DNA of 63,985 nt, the filler included, from Craspedostauros australis (lineage: Eukaryota), in NCBI GenBank assembly GCA_030167865.1. It is 13 parts of 13 records of this genome, joined end to end, with 100 filler letters (N's around TTAATTAATTAA, not from the genome) between each part and the next. Parts side by side here need not be neighbours in the genome. Positions count along the whole stretch, not along the records: positions 22,741 to 29,372 come from JALAGF010005951.1; positions 29,473 to 35,767 come from JALAGF010005952.1; 11 more parts are not named here. One strand, 5' to 3'. Under the pieces are notes generated by a model. It was given only the letters and a program-made list of their open reading frames with translations. It was not told the DNA's origin and ran no database searches. Made by a program: the position numbers and the translations under genes. Shown piece by piece: positions 22,949-35,056 of this stretch (positions are counted from its first letter, which is position 1; every line of letters starts with the position of its first letter).

Positions 22949-25900
22949 TTATGCATGGTATGGCAAATGAAATTGAAAAGAGATGAAAATGTTGTGCTCA
23001 CAGTTCTGAGAATGCAACAACAGGAATAGGTAATCAGATACAACTAATAAGGCTGGGTTACCCGGATTTCTCAACACATATCCGATGAACACCATCTCTT
23101 CTCCTCTATTCTTGAGCTTGGCAGAGATCCTGCCATAGGTGGTCTTCACAACAACCACCTCTCCGAATGTTCGAAGTGAATCGGCGTATGGTGGATTGCT
23201 GTCAAAGCTTTGGCAATGGCAGTGGCAGTGCTTGCAGCTGCTGCCCACAGGCCATGCCTCTATTTGTTGTTGAGTTGTGCTCCCTTGAGCATGGAACGGA
23301 TCTTGGTGTAGAGATACGCAAACTTGCGTTCTACTCTACCATTCCGCTGTGGCGTGTTGGACGCCATGAACTCGAATTTCGCATTCAGTCCTGCATCGAT
23401 GAGAGTATCCTGCGTGGATTTGTTCTCTCCGCTGTTATTACCTTGGAAAATGATTTGTTGATCACCTGTGTGTGACTTGATCGTCTGCACAAATCGTTTG
23501 ATACCCTGGTTGGTCCCTCTTGTTCTTCAGAAAGAAGCTCCAGCAGTAGTCCGTGAAGCCGTACACGATCAAGGTCCAGTAGCGTTTATCTCCGAAGCCT
23601 ATGTGTTTAGTGTAACTGATATCGATGAAGAGGCGCTTGCCACGGCAAGTCGCTCTTGGGATTCTAGTCTTTGAGATGTTCTTCACTCTCGCATTCGCGA
23701 CAGCACAGTCGCGACATACCAGCATCTCGCTGATGATCTTCCATCCGTATTGAGCGGCTGTCCGCTTCATGGTCTCGAGTGGTGCGTGACGGAGCATTCG
23801 GTGTAAGCTCACCGCGCTCACCTCCTTGGATGGGCTCTTGATGATGGCTGTGGAAGCCTTGTCATCCTCAGTTGGCATGATGGGATACATCAGCACTCCT
23901 GTGATGAATCCATTGGATGGTGGGAAGATGCAATCAAAGATGATCTTCTTCCCAGCTCTGTTGACGATGTCCATCAGAATGCCGTCGTTACCGATCTGGT
24001 AACTGTTGTACAGAGCCTTGTTCGTAGAGAAAAGGTTCACCACCATCTTGGGTGTGTACTTCACATTATTGAGCCAGATAATGTGGCAAGTGTTGTCACG
24101 TTGCTTGACCTTCAAGTGGATGGATCCGATCTTGGGAGAGTCCAGCTTCGTGCTGTCTCCCACTTGAACGAAGGACTTGATGTGCCGCACGTTGAAGAGA
24201 CCGGCGTCTGAGTTCACGATGTGACACAAGGCTCCGCTGTCGGCAAGCCAGGTATTCTTGTTGACCTTGTCCTTGTATTTGGTGCTCAGCTCGTGAAGCT
24301 GTTCCATGGCAGCCGCTGCCATGTCGTCATCTTGATCTTCTTCGTTCCCGTCGTCCATCCTGTGGTAGTCCATGCCATCGTAGTACGGTTCTCCGACTGC
24401 TGGAGTCATGTCTTCTCGGTGAGTTCCTGTCACCGAATCGTATGGCGTGACTTGTGGTCGCTCGCGCAGGAGTACCTGCATACATCCTCCAAGGACGTAG
24501 TGTAATTCCGTCTCTGGAATGGGCTCGTCTTTCCTCCAACAGCCGGTTGAGGATCACTGTGTTGGCGAGAATCTCTTCGATTGATTGGAAATTGTTGGAC
24601 AGTATGGTGCCAATCACGCGCACCCATACTTGTTGCAGTCCCCCCGTTGATCATCCCTGGGAAGAGATGCATGCCTGCTACCATCACGGCGTCGTGGATG
24701 AGCTTTCGTTGCATTGTCTCTGCTGTCAATGTAGGATATGGGATTGTATCATGCCTGTGTATGGTGTCGAAGCCTCTGGCATTCTGGACTGGTGGGAACG
24801 AGATGTCTGTTGGATAGATGACTCTCTTGTTTGGATTGAATCTGTCCACTTCTTGTTCTGATTCATTGCTGCTGTCTTCATGGAAGATACCCATTCTATT
24901 GACCCTCGCCACTGGAGGAGGCGGCGCCTCACCGCCGTTTGTCTCGTCGCCAGAGACGTCTTCGTTGTCTTGATCCGCGCCGTTCTCGTTGGTGTCGGCA
25001 TCGTCTGCGTTCGCGGCCGCTTCCAACTCGATGGCGATGGTCTCTGCTCCCATCTCAGCTGCGTCTCCGGACAGATCAATGATGTCGTTCACATTGAAGC
25101 AGTACTTGTAGCTGACTTCGCGACGTCGGTTGACTTCATGGATGATTGGCTCGTCGCTGAGCCACGCTGGCACGACCTCGTCGTTGTGTACTTCGTCATC
25201 GTTTTCAAAGTGTTGGAAGTGATCGAAGAATGAATCCTTGATGTCGTTGGATACCTCCAAGCAGAGCATCATGTCCAGTATGGAGAGCATCATCTCATGG
25301 CCGCTCTTCTCATGTCTTTCCTTTGCTGTGTTGGCCTGCTCGTCGGCCTTCTTCTTTTTGTTGAACTTCTTCTTTCGGCACTCTACCTTGCGATGTCCGA
25401 TGATGCCGCAGTAGTGGCACTTTCTGTTGAATCTGCTTCCCTTGCCCTTGATGTTTCGATTTTCGTTCTTTCTGTTGTTGTTGGCGTTTTTCTTGTTGTT
25501 TGCCTTCTTGTGTTTGGGACAATTCGCAGATCAATGACCATACACACCACAGTTGTGTCAGATTCCCTTGAAGTTGCTGGTGCTCGCAAAGCCAGTGTCG
25601 TTAGTCTTCATGCTGCTGTCTTGAAATTCGTCGATGTAGGCCTTCCCTCCTTGGTTGGTTATGTATGCTGAGCGAAGTAGTGCTCTGATTGCGTTGATTG
25701 TGACGACAGTGGGTTGAATGTGAGTTGATGTTCAAAGTTGACGACTTGTGCTTTGTACTCGGCACTCACTGTGCTGAGGATCTGCATGATCATTTCCTCG
25801 TTGCTGATCTTGTGCCCAACGTCTTGAAGGCAGGAGCGCAATAGCTTGAGCCATGCAATGTAGACATCTGGATCAGTGTCCTTCTTCATCTTCTTGTTGT

Positions 25901-27550
25901 TGAACTGCCTCTTGAGCTTGATCTTGGTGGCGGCGTCGGATGGCTTGCACTTCTCCGTGAGAGGTTTCCACACCTGATGTGGGTTCCCCTCAGGGAATAT
26001 GTTGGAGATGCATCGATTGTTGTATTGGATGGCTTGCTTGCCTGTACCCTTCTCTGCATCCATCATGAGGATCAGATCGCTGAAGCAGTCAGCTGCCAGC
26101 TCGTAGATCTCCTCCACTACTTCCTTGTCTGCTTCTGTGGTGGCTCCAATTTTGCTCTTGGTTGGGATCTTCGTCTTCCCCAACATCACATCTCTCGTTC
26201 TCTGCGCACGCATGTACGCCTTTTCTTGGGACTCCCAGGCATTGTAGTCCTCCTGACTACCACTGAATAGCGGTGCCTTGATGGGTTGCTTGTTCATGTT
26301 GGCTGATGTTGCCATGTTACTCCGTTGCTTCGTTGATGTTACGCGCATGCTTGTGATCTCCGTTTGTTTCTGTGTGATCACTTTTTCAATTTTCGCTCGT
26401 GTTTCCGCAGAGATGTCTTTTGTCACAAATTCTCCTCCTCATGTTGTCTCACTTTCTCTGCTCTGTTTGGCCGTGCGAATGCTCTTCGCCACACCTGTCT
26501 CTTCTTGCTTCATATTTGTGAGAATGCTCTTCTGCACAAGTTGTAGTCTCGCAAACCGTTCCTCGTTGGTCTCGTTGATCGCGCTTCCTTCTGCGCTAGA
26601 GAGGACAGTGGGTGCACCTGCTTCCTTCTGTGGTTGAAGTGGAGTCTCACTTGCACCTTCTTCTTGTTTGATAGTTGGGTTGGACAGAGGGATGTCTTTC
26701 AATTCCTCTTCCTCACTCATTCAGCCTGCTGCTCCTGAATGATGTGGTCTTCTTCGCACGATCCGATCCGCGGGCTCGCCCTGATCTATCGTTTATAAAC
26801 GTGTTGGAAAGTTCCGTAGACGGATACCTTGCGATCGTGGAAGACAGTGATGGGTGTTATGATGACAATTGCTATTTCATGACATTGCTCCTCTGATGTT
26901 CCTGGTGTCTCTCTCTGACTATGAGTTGGCACACAAGATGCTCTCTTGTCATTGCTCGTATTCTCTCTCTTGATATTTTGCGTTCACAACAAGCAATATT
27001 TCATACTCGATATGTGCTCTGTATTCGACACATGCTCAGCCATCTTGTCCTCTACTGGCCCACTACTCTGCGAGTATTCGCCAATGTTATGTCCAAACTC
27101 CTCCTTGTATATCTATGATCTTGATGTTGCCTGGCCATTGAATCTTTGCCTTCTTGATCTGATGTGGAGACAGCTGCCAACGTGGTGACATGATGACATC
27201 CTGTCAATGTCAGCTGTTGTCTTCCATGGTCCTTCAGATTCCAGATTCCATTGATGATGCAGTGGTCTGGTGAGGGTGTCGTCATTTGAGGTTTAGTTGG
27301 GAAACATATCAAGCCTGACTCGATATCACATGTTTTGTTGATGGATGGACAGACGATGTTCCTTATGCTCTCATAAATGGTTGTTCACAAATTTCCCCAA
27401 AATTTTGGTGGTTTTTGTGTGTCCGAAGTCGTGATGTGATTTCGATCAATCACAGTTCACCATCAACACGAATGTAGTTGCGCCATCTGTGTGTATAGTA
27501 TAAGAGAACAATGAGTGAGCGATGCACATACACATATGCACATTCCAACA
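22949..27550 (-). mobile_element. Degenerate Ty1/Copia LTR retrotransposon, 5' half (LTR-gag-protease-integrase)
   Basis: Minus-strand order: LTR; gag (KLKRQFNNKKMKKDTDPDVYIAWL); broken zinc knuckle *HNCGVYGH*SANC (25519-25560); protease WLADSGA; HRMLRH..CRDC; integrase LFIDIS..FTDYCWSFFLK and NTPQRNGRVERKF; then LRTFGE..KLKNRGEEMVFIGY. Several stops and frameshifts. Confidence 0.9.
26802..27550 (-). repeat. 5' LTR of the Copia element (749 bp)
   Basis: Perfect 8-bp terminal inverted repeat TGTTGGAA..TTCCAACA, about 80 bp upstream of gag. Homologous to 52862-53662 and 57658-58666. Confidence 0.85.
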
Positions 27551-27599
27551 TTGGTAGCCTCATCCGCAGGGACATCATTGTTGGCAGGAGCCTTAGAAA

Positions 27600-28140
27600 T
27601 CCTGGCATCGCTGTCTGCAGTGGTGTCAACTGCATCAAGTGCGGGATCTGGTGGTGGCGCGATGCATGTTGGCAGAGTGATGCTATTGGCACTTGGAACA
27701 GTGGTGAAGTGGTGCAGATACATGCGGAACTTGCAGGCCTGGAAGTTGGCAACCCAATCGTCGTCGCCATCATCTCCACAAGCATGAAACCATGATCAAA
27801 GCTTCCACCTNNNNNNNNNNNNNNNNNNNNNNNNNNNNNNNNNNNNNNNNNNNNNNNNNNTTGCAGGCCTGGAAGTTGGCAACCCAATCGTCGTCGCCAT
27901 CATCTCCACAAGCATGAAACCATGATCAAAGCTTCCACCTGCCACGGACATGGACAAGACTGCCACATCAATGCACCAATTGGGCATGGAAGAAGTCATC
28001 ATCACTGTTGAGCAAATTGTAGAATTCACTGTTGGTGGTAGTCTTGAGGTCATCCCACATGAGGGGAACCACGTCCAACTGAGCCACGCAGAGATGAGGG
28101 AGGCATCAACAAGAGCATGGCGCTACCATTGTTGACAGCC
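27600..28140 (-). pseudogene. Degenerate coding remnant of unknown family next to the LTR
   Basis: One minus frame reads QLDVVPLMWDDLKTTTNSEFYNLLNSDDDFFHAQLVH*CGSLVHVRGRWKL*SWFHACGDD..FQACKFRMYLHHF with isolated TGA stops. Confidence 0.3.
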
Positions 28141-28970
28141 ATAATGGAAGGAAGAAGGAAGCAAGAATGGAGAGCATGGGCAAAGACGTTGAGGGAAGAT
28201 ACTGTGAATGCAACGGAATGTCATGTCCCTGAGCACTTGCGAAGAGAGGAAGCAATGAAAGATTCACGTGACACGTGAAAAAGCCATCACTTGTCACTAT
28301 TGTGCGAGTGTGGTGTGTTTGAGATGGTACTAATGGTGGATTTAGAGTATTGGAGATGTGATGATCAAGGTCTGTGGCAGCCGAGGTGCCTCCATCAGCA
28401 TCTGTCATCATACGGAAGTACGTATGCCAACAAGCGAGTTTGCAAAAGCTGAACACAACAAAGCCAACTAAAAATACGCAAAAATGCTAACTTCGACCAA
28501 TTCGCACTGTCAGAATTTGTATTTTGGCACATTTCTGACAGCTGCATCATCGAAAACATAAGAAAATTAACAATTATGAACGCTTTCGAACACCTGATGT
28601 GACGTCACGACAGAATTGCAGGAAGACATCCACGAACAGAGGAGAGGGACGGAACGCATCGATGATAAAAACCTGTCGGAGCGACACACAGGATGGTATC
28701 GCATTCTGCTGTCGTGGTACCTGGCACCGCCAGAGACCAATGACGAGCGCGCCAGTTTCGAAGGAAGGAAGATTCACTAAAAACAGGCAATTTGGTTACC
28801 GCAACCCCCACTTTTGATGACGTCTTTGGTGTCTCAACACATGTCACAAAAAAGATAAGTGGAAATCATTTCGGAACGGAGGAATACAAAACACAACGAG
28901 GAAATTCATCAACCAGCCCTTTTGAAGTGCCGATTTGCATCAACCAGCCTGTTTTTGCAACACTTAGTGG

Positions 28971-29350
28971 CACAAAACGTCCAATTGTCCATGCGACATC
29001 CCATGGACACAGGGATTTCGCATCGACTGCCATGGTTAGTGCATAAATATAGACTACCTGTACCACACAGGAAAACTTCAAGCCACATNATATTATACAT
29101 GTTCATCATCATCTTCATATTGCCAGTATAGTCCACACGAATGTAAATCATCCAATGAGGGGAATACGTGACTACTTTAGTTGCAGATATGTACATCATC
29201 CATCTGTTTGCTCCAATTTCTTGCGTTGTGGATCGTATTCTGACGACATCTTCATTGCAAGGGACAAAAATAGTACAGTTTAACAAATTCAGCGCATCGA
29301 AGGCATTCCAATGGGTATACAAATAGCTTGTGAGTGACTGGATCCATCTA
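28971..29350. repeat. Unclassified dispersed repeat, diverged homologue of 40356-40735 and 41091-41269
   Basis: Shared blocks such as cacaaaacgtccaa..gacatcccatggacaca and catcatccatctgtt.gctccaatt..ttgcgttgtgg.tcgtattc on two different scaffolds. Confidence 0.75.
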
Positions 29351-29472
29351 GAAGGTGTTGCGGATTGTACGCNNNNNNNNNNNNNNNNNNNNNNNNNNNN
29401 NNNNNNNNNNNNNNNNTTAATTAATTAANNNNNNNNNNNNNNNNNNNNNNNNNNNNNNNNNNNNNNNNNNNN

Positions 29473-30183
29473 CTCCGCCATGAGCATCATTGTTGGTTCA
29501 TTGCACAGACAAAGAACGCAAGGCAGCAGCATGTTCACAAGCTGTGCGGTCGTCGCAGTGCGGTCGTCACCGTGCCGCCGGATTCGCACACAGAGCACTC
29601 TCCACTCCAAGTCACACACTGCCAAGCAGATTGAAAGCTACAGTGCCAATGCCAGCCAATCCAAGTTTCTGGAAGAGACGATCTACGAAGAGCACGTGGC
29701 GAACAAAGCAGAGGGAAATGACGAGAAGCCGCAAGGAGCATGGTTGCTACGCGATTCCATCGACCGTCCCGTATCGCGCTATTGTCCTCATCTCCAGGAG
29801 TTGCGCTCCCGCCATTGTGCCAAAACTGCAGTCGAGACCCTCACCAAGTCCCAGAAGGAGCGATCACTCGCCGTTGGAGCAACAAATGCCAGGGTCACCA
29901 TCCATTCCAATCTTCGAAGCGACCAGTGCCAGCGTGGCGGAAAGACAAGAACCGACGAGGTAGTGGAGTCCAAGCATCCAGAGAGCTTGACGAGCAACAG
30001 AAGCAACCAACGAACCAATGAGCAACCCCATGCAGAGTGCGAGTTCCGTATTGCGGATCATGGTTGACACAGAGTTTCCATATGGCAGATGAAGCACATG
30101 GTCAGCGATCCATGGCCCATGGATACCGTACACCCACATGTCCTCCTTCGTGGTGCTCCCAACTTCATTTGTGAGGTGGATGT
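29473..30183 (+). repeat. 711-bp direct repeat, copy 1 (scaffold start)
   Basis: Appears identical to 35057-35767 (offset 5584); the ORF track gives identical peptides for both copies. Confidence 0.92.
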
Positions 30184-31166
30184 TCCTGTCGATCACCTCG
30201 GTTGGGCATCGATGCTCTGGGAGTCACGAGCCAAGACGGCGGCACTCATGCCTATTGATAGAATGCGCATGGGTGTTGTGTGTTGGTGGTCCGTGTGGTA
30301 GGAACAGCGGAGGCGGCACAGTATCACTCCGCCTGATGCTTGCTGAACGTGTCAACCCATCCCAATACGCAATGTGGTGTTGGTTTGATGTTGAGGACTC
30401 TTGTTGCCCGCGCGGATGGTGATGGTTGCAATGCGGTGGGATGGCAACCAGCCAAATCCAAATGAGGCGGGTCGCAACCAACACAGGCAATCAACAAAGG
30501 CAGTCACATTGGTGGCTTCATCGGTGGCTTCATGGTTGTTCAAGGCATTGGCTCACACCTCAAGTTGGTGCTTGCGATGGCAGGCGGACGGGGGTCAGCG
30601 GTCTTGCAGATGCCACGATGACGCAAGCAAGCGTGGGCCATGGTGCACATGGTGGTGGCGGCGGTGGTGGCGACGATGACAGCTCTCTGTGTTTCCGAAG
30701 GCTTCCACGTTGTTTGCTTCGGATTGGTGTTGCGTTGATTGTGGCCAAACGAGAACTCTGTTGTGGTGCTTCTTTCTTGTTGTTGGTCGCACGCATTTTC
30801 GTGATGGATGGGAACAGAAAGATCCAATCCGCGCGAACCAGACACGTTTGATCAAGAGAAGGAGACAAACACAGGCAAACAGAAGGAGGAGACCATGCGA
30901 ACAAGACAACAACAACACACACACCACTCAACCCCATACTCAACCGCGTGAACAACAAACATCGAATTGCCACTCATCCTACTATTCATCACACAGCGTA
31001 TGGTACTCATACTCATACTCATACAAGCTGTTGCATACACAAACATCGATATCTCTTCCATAGGCAGCTCCGACCACAGACATCCTCGACAGCCAGTCCA
31101 ACGTAAATCGTCCAACGTCCAACGTCCAACGTCTATCGTCCAGCGACCATCCACCACACTCTCAAA

Positions 31167-34100
31167 ATGCCGAGTGTTGCGCAGTATCAACTCATTGATG
31201 CTGCCAAGGCAGGTGACTTGTCAGTGTTGAAGGAGTGGAAGAAGCAGAGCAAGACGCAGAATGAAGGAGATGGTGTCAACTTCAAAATCTACGATGGTTG
31301 GACTCCCCTTCATCTGGCATGCTGCTACGGCCACCTGGAGTGTGTCAAGTACCTCATCGAATCATGTGAGGCGGACATCAACTGCAAAAACAACCAAGGT
31401 TCCACTCCCCTTCATCTCGCATGCATGAACGGCCACCTGGAGTGTGTGAAGTACCTCATCGAATCATGTGAGGCGGACATCAACTGCAAAGACAAATATG
31501 GTGACAATCCCCTTCATCTGGCATGCTGGAACGGCCACCTGGAGTGTGTCAAGTACCTCATCGAATCATGTGAGGCGGACATCAACTGCAAAGACACCTA
31601 TGGTCGCACTCCCCTTCATCTGGCATGCTACAACGGCCAGCTGGAGTGTATCGAGTATCTCATCGAATCAGGTGGGGCAGACATCAACTGCCAAAACAAC
31701 CACGGTTCCACACCCCTTTCTCACGTATGCGAACATGGCAAGCTGGAGTGTATCGAGTCCCTCATCAGAGGACTTTCGCCTTCATCTCACACACAACTGC
31801 AGCAACTACAGCAACGCTTGCAACAAAACGAGCAAGAGAATGAACACAAACACAGTACCCACAAGAGGACCAACATCGCATCGCAGAAGTCCGGCTCAGA
31901 TCCTTCCAAACCGACAGCAGGGCAGACACCATCTACTCGTGTGGACAGGGCGACCAACAGCAACTANNNNNNNNNNNNNNNNNNNNNNNNNNNNNNNNNN
32001 NNNNNNNNNNNNNNNNNNNNNNNNNNNNNNNNNNNNNNNNNNNNNNNNNNNNNNNNNNNNNNNNNNNNNNNNNNNNNNNNNNNNNNNNNNNNNNNNNNNN
32101 NNNNNNNNNCCCCATGCAAGTAACCATCCCTCTTCCCAACCTTCAACCAAAACACGTCCGATACGTCCTCCAATGCATCTACACAGGCAAGATATCCTTC
32201 AACAACAATACTCACGACGACACCGATGATGATGACGCAAACCAGCGTCTCTTCATGCAATGCAACTCTGTTCGACGATGACGATGGCGACCCCTCCAAC
32301 GGCGCCGCATCCCTTCACATTGATACCACCACCACCAACACAAACAATCAGACAAACAATCAGACAAGATGATGAGTCGTCGACATCCAAGAGGCATTGT
32401 GGGAAGGCCCGCCAGTTGCTCCGCACCTTGACCCACCCATCGTACGACTATGAGTGTGGAACCTTCCATGAGTACGATCTACTCTGGGAGTTGCCACAGC
32501 AAAGCGTCCAGCCTGATAGGTACTCTGTTCAAACCTTCATCCAGCCCGTGCGGTCATGACGATCGAAGTTGCTGGAAGAGGACGGTGTCAGACTGATGGC
32601 GGAGAAGAACATGGAGACCAAGCAACCGCAACAGGCCGACACGAAATCAAAGGTCAGCAAGCCCACCAGCGTAGCCAAAGAGGCCAAAGCAGCTGCAAAA
32701 TCAGGTCGTCGTGCGAGTGTCAGCACAGATACACCAAGCAGGGCCAATAGAAGTGCAGCCAAAGATGCGAAAGCTTCGGCTGTGAAACGATCACATGTGA
32801 AGAGTCTGGAGATGCTCGACATGCAAGATCACGAGATGTCATTCGGCTCCTTTGATCCCAGCAAGTTCAACAACAACAAATCGATACCTGTGCCAAACAC
32901 CCCAAGTGGACTCAGCTTCGCAACAGCCACAGCACTCGGCGCAACCTGCGAACGGAGCAGCCAAGACAAGACGAAGTTTGCCCAGAGTTGGAGATGCAGG
33001 CCAAGGCCAACAACGAATTCCAACGCAACGACCAGCAGCGACAAATCGAGGAACAAGAGTTTGGAATTCTTGGAATTCTCGAAGGATGGGCACAACATGC
33101 CAGGCACATCAGACACATCAGGCGCGATGAGTGCAGCCAGCACCCGGCTCTATCTCGAGTTGCGACAACGAACAAGTCTCGCAGCAAGAGCCTGGAGTCA
33201 CTGATCAATCTGCCAAGTCTCTACGACGACGACGACGACGACGATGGCAGCGTCGACGTTGCGACAAGTGCTGCTGCAACGAATGGTGGGAGAAGCTCCG
33301 CGACCCATGTCAAACCTGGAGGTCGGAGCGCGGCATCTACGCCAGCCCCGTTCAGCCGCACACATGAAAAGAGACAACAGTCTTTGTCGTTGAACAAGCG
33401 CAGGTCGACGTTGGCAAGCATCCTCAAGATCAAATCATCATCATGACGTGAAGTGTCGTTGACCAATCCTCCCAAATCGAAGCAACGACCATCTCTGGAA
33501 TCCCGACCATCGCAATTGGCCGATCTTGCCTTGACTAAAGCATCTGCAAAGGAATCATCGTCATCATTGTAGTCGCCACCGTTATCATCATCACAGTCCA
33601 AATCCAAACTCAATCTTCAACAGTTCGAACACGAACACGAACACAGAGGTGTCTCGGCCACACCCCCAAGCCCCATCCAGTCCTGGAGCCTTGAGTTTGG
33701 GAATCGAATTGAAATCGAGCAAGAAGGACCGGGTGGCTCCTTCCCGCAACAGATCTGCATGCAGTTCGTTGCGCCCAAGCGAAGACTCAAAGCAACGACG
33801 TTCACGTGGACGAAGCACGGGTGCTCTGCGTGAGGCGATCAAGGAAAGGATTTCCAAGGTGCTTGGCAATGGGCCCCGATGTCACCACTCCAGCAAAACA
33901 AGAGACGCGTCATCACTATCGATATTACCATCGATATCACCGTCGCCACGACATCGGCGGAGAAGCGCACAGCACACCAGTGGCAAGCCGCACTCGACAT
34001 CGTCAACATCACAGAGTGGAGCGTTCGCCATCAATGCGTCATCGTCGCGACGGAGCAATTCACACATCCTCCTCTGGAAGAAGCTGCCGCTCGCCATCGG

Positions 34101-34702
34101 TGCGGATTCGTCGAAGAACTGCGCAAGTATCGATGGACTCATCGCCATCATCACGGCGACAAGGAACATCTGGCAGTTCGGATGATGTGAGCGCAGCCTC
34201 GAGTTCACGCGAAACCAGCTCAAATGTGCACTCCACTGGTACTGGTTTGCAACAGTGCAACGGCTCACCTTCCCGAAAGCATGCCCAAGGAAGTTGGCGA
34301 ACACCAAATCAACGTGGGCGTAGCCAATGGACACGACGTGCCGAAGATCAGCGAAGGAAGTCCTCCCATGGACGATCACCATCGGCGCGACAACGAAGCA
34401 GAATAAGAGGATATCGAAATGACAGCGTTGAACGGCACAGCAACGAGCAAGATGACAATGGACGACATGGCAAGGAACGGCATGGCAAAGAACAACATGG
34501 CAACAAACGTCCGTCATCACGCGGGGCCCTTCAATCAAATCGTCGTGGGCAAAGCAGATCGTCGACCCGCGATGCTGTCTACCATGAGAAGATGTCTGGC
34601 TCAAAGCAACTGCAACTCACACCAAAGAAAGCGGTCAGGAGCAAGAGCGCGTCTCAGTGCCACCATCCCTTGATGAATGGTACCAAAACTCTCACCCCGT
34701 GA
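31167..34702 (+). pseudogene. Ankyrin-repeat gene (5 repeats) with probable BTB/POZ domain and long S/R-rich tail, frameshifted in this assembly
   Basis: ATG at 31167, N-cap LIDAAKAGDL, 34-aa repeats G.TPLHLAC..GHLECVKYLIESCEADINCK. A shifted frame from 31844 reads IAEVRLRSFQTDSRADTIYSCG..[gap]..VTIPLPNLQPKHVRYVLQCIYTGKISF (BTB-like). Downstream ORFs 32260-32559, 32569-33204, 32988-33446, 33649-34185 and 33806-34702 are broken by stops and frameshifts. The ankyrin part is certain; the BTB and tail linkage are inferred. Confidence 0.7.
31284..31772 (+). repeat. 102-bp coding tandem repeat (ankyrin units starting at 31284, 31386, 31488, 31590, 31692)
   Basis: Framework ggccacctggagtgtgt(c/g)aagtacctcatcgaatcatgtgaggcggacatcaactgcaaa repeats almost exactly in units 1-3. 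Confidence 0.95.
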
Positions 34703-35056
34703 GGCATCACGACACGATGGGATGGAATGAGATGTGCGGGCCGCTCCGTATTTGTATCATACTCCTGACGGTGTGGTAGACTCACGTCGCTGTAATGTAA
34801 TACACCTACGAATGGATTGTAATGTTCTATGATATATGGGATTGGAACAGTACCGCATGCACTATATCTGCTTGTGCAATAGAATGCTGTGATGAAGTCA
34901 TCAGATGTTTCAAGAGATCGAAGGGCTGGATACTGCTCCCACGCTGCCTCCGCCCTGTCTACGACGAGTCTGGTGCGCTCTCTACGGTACAAACGCACAC
35001 AGGGATGTTGCCGATGTCATTCACCAGCAGATAGGACGCCCGTGGTTCCATCTACG

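Noticed and set aside
31284..31772. Diversity-generating retroelement acting on the ankyrin repeats
   Set aside because: Differences are not confined to adenines of any template copy, and the only RTs in the window are Copia-type on unlinked scaffolds.
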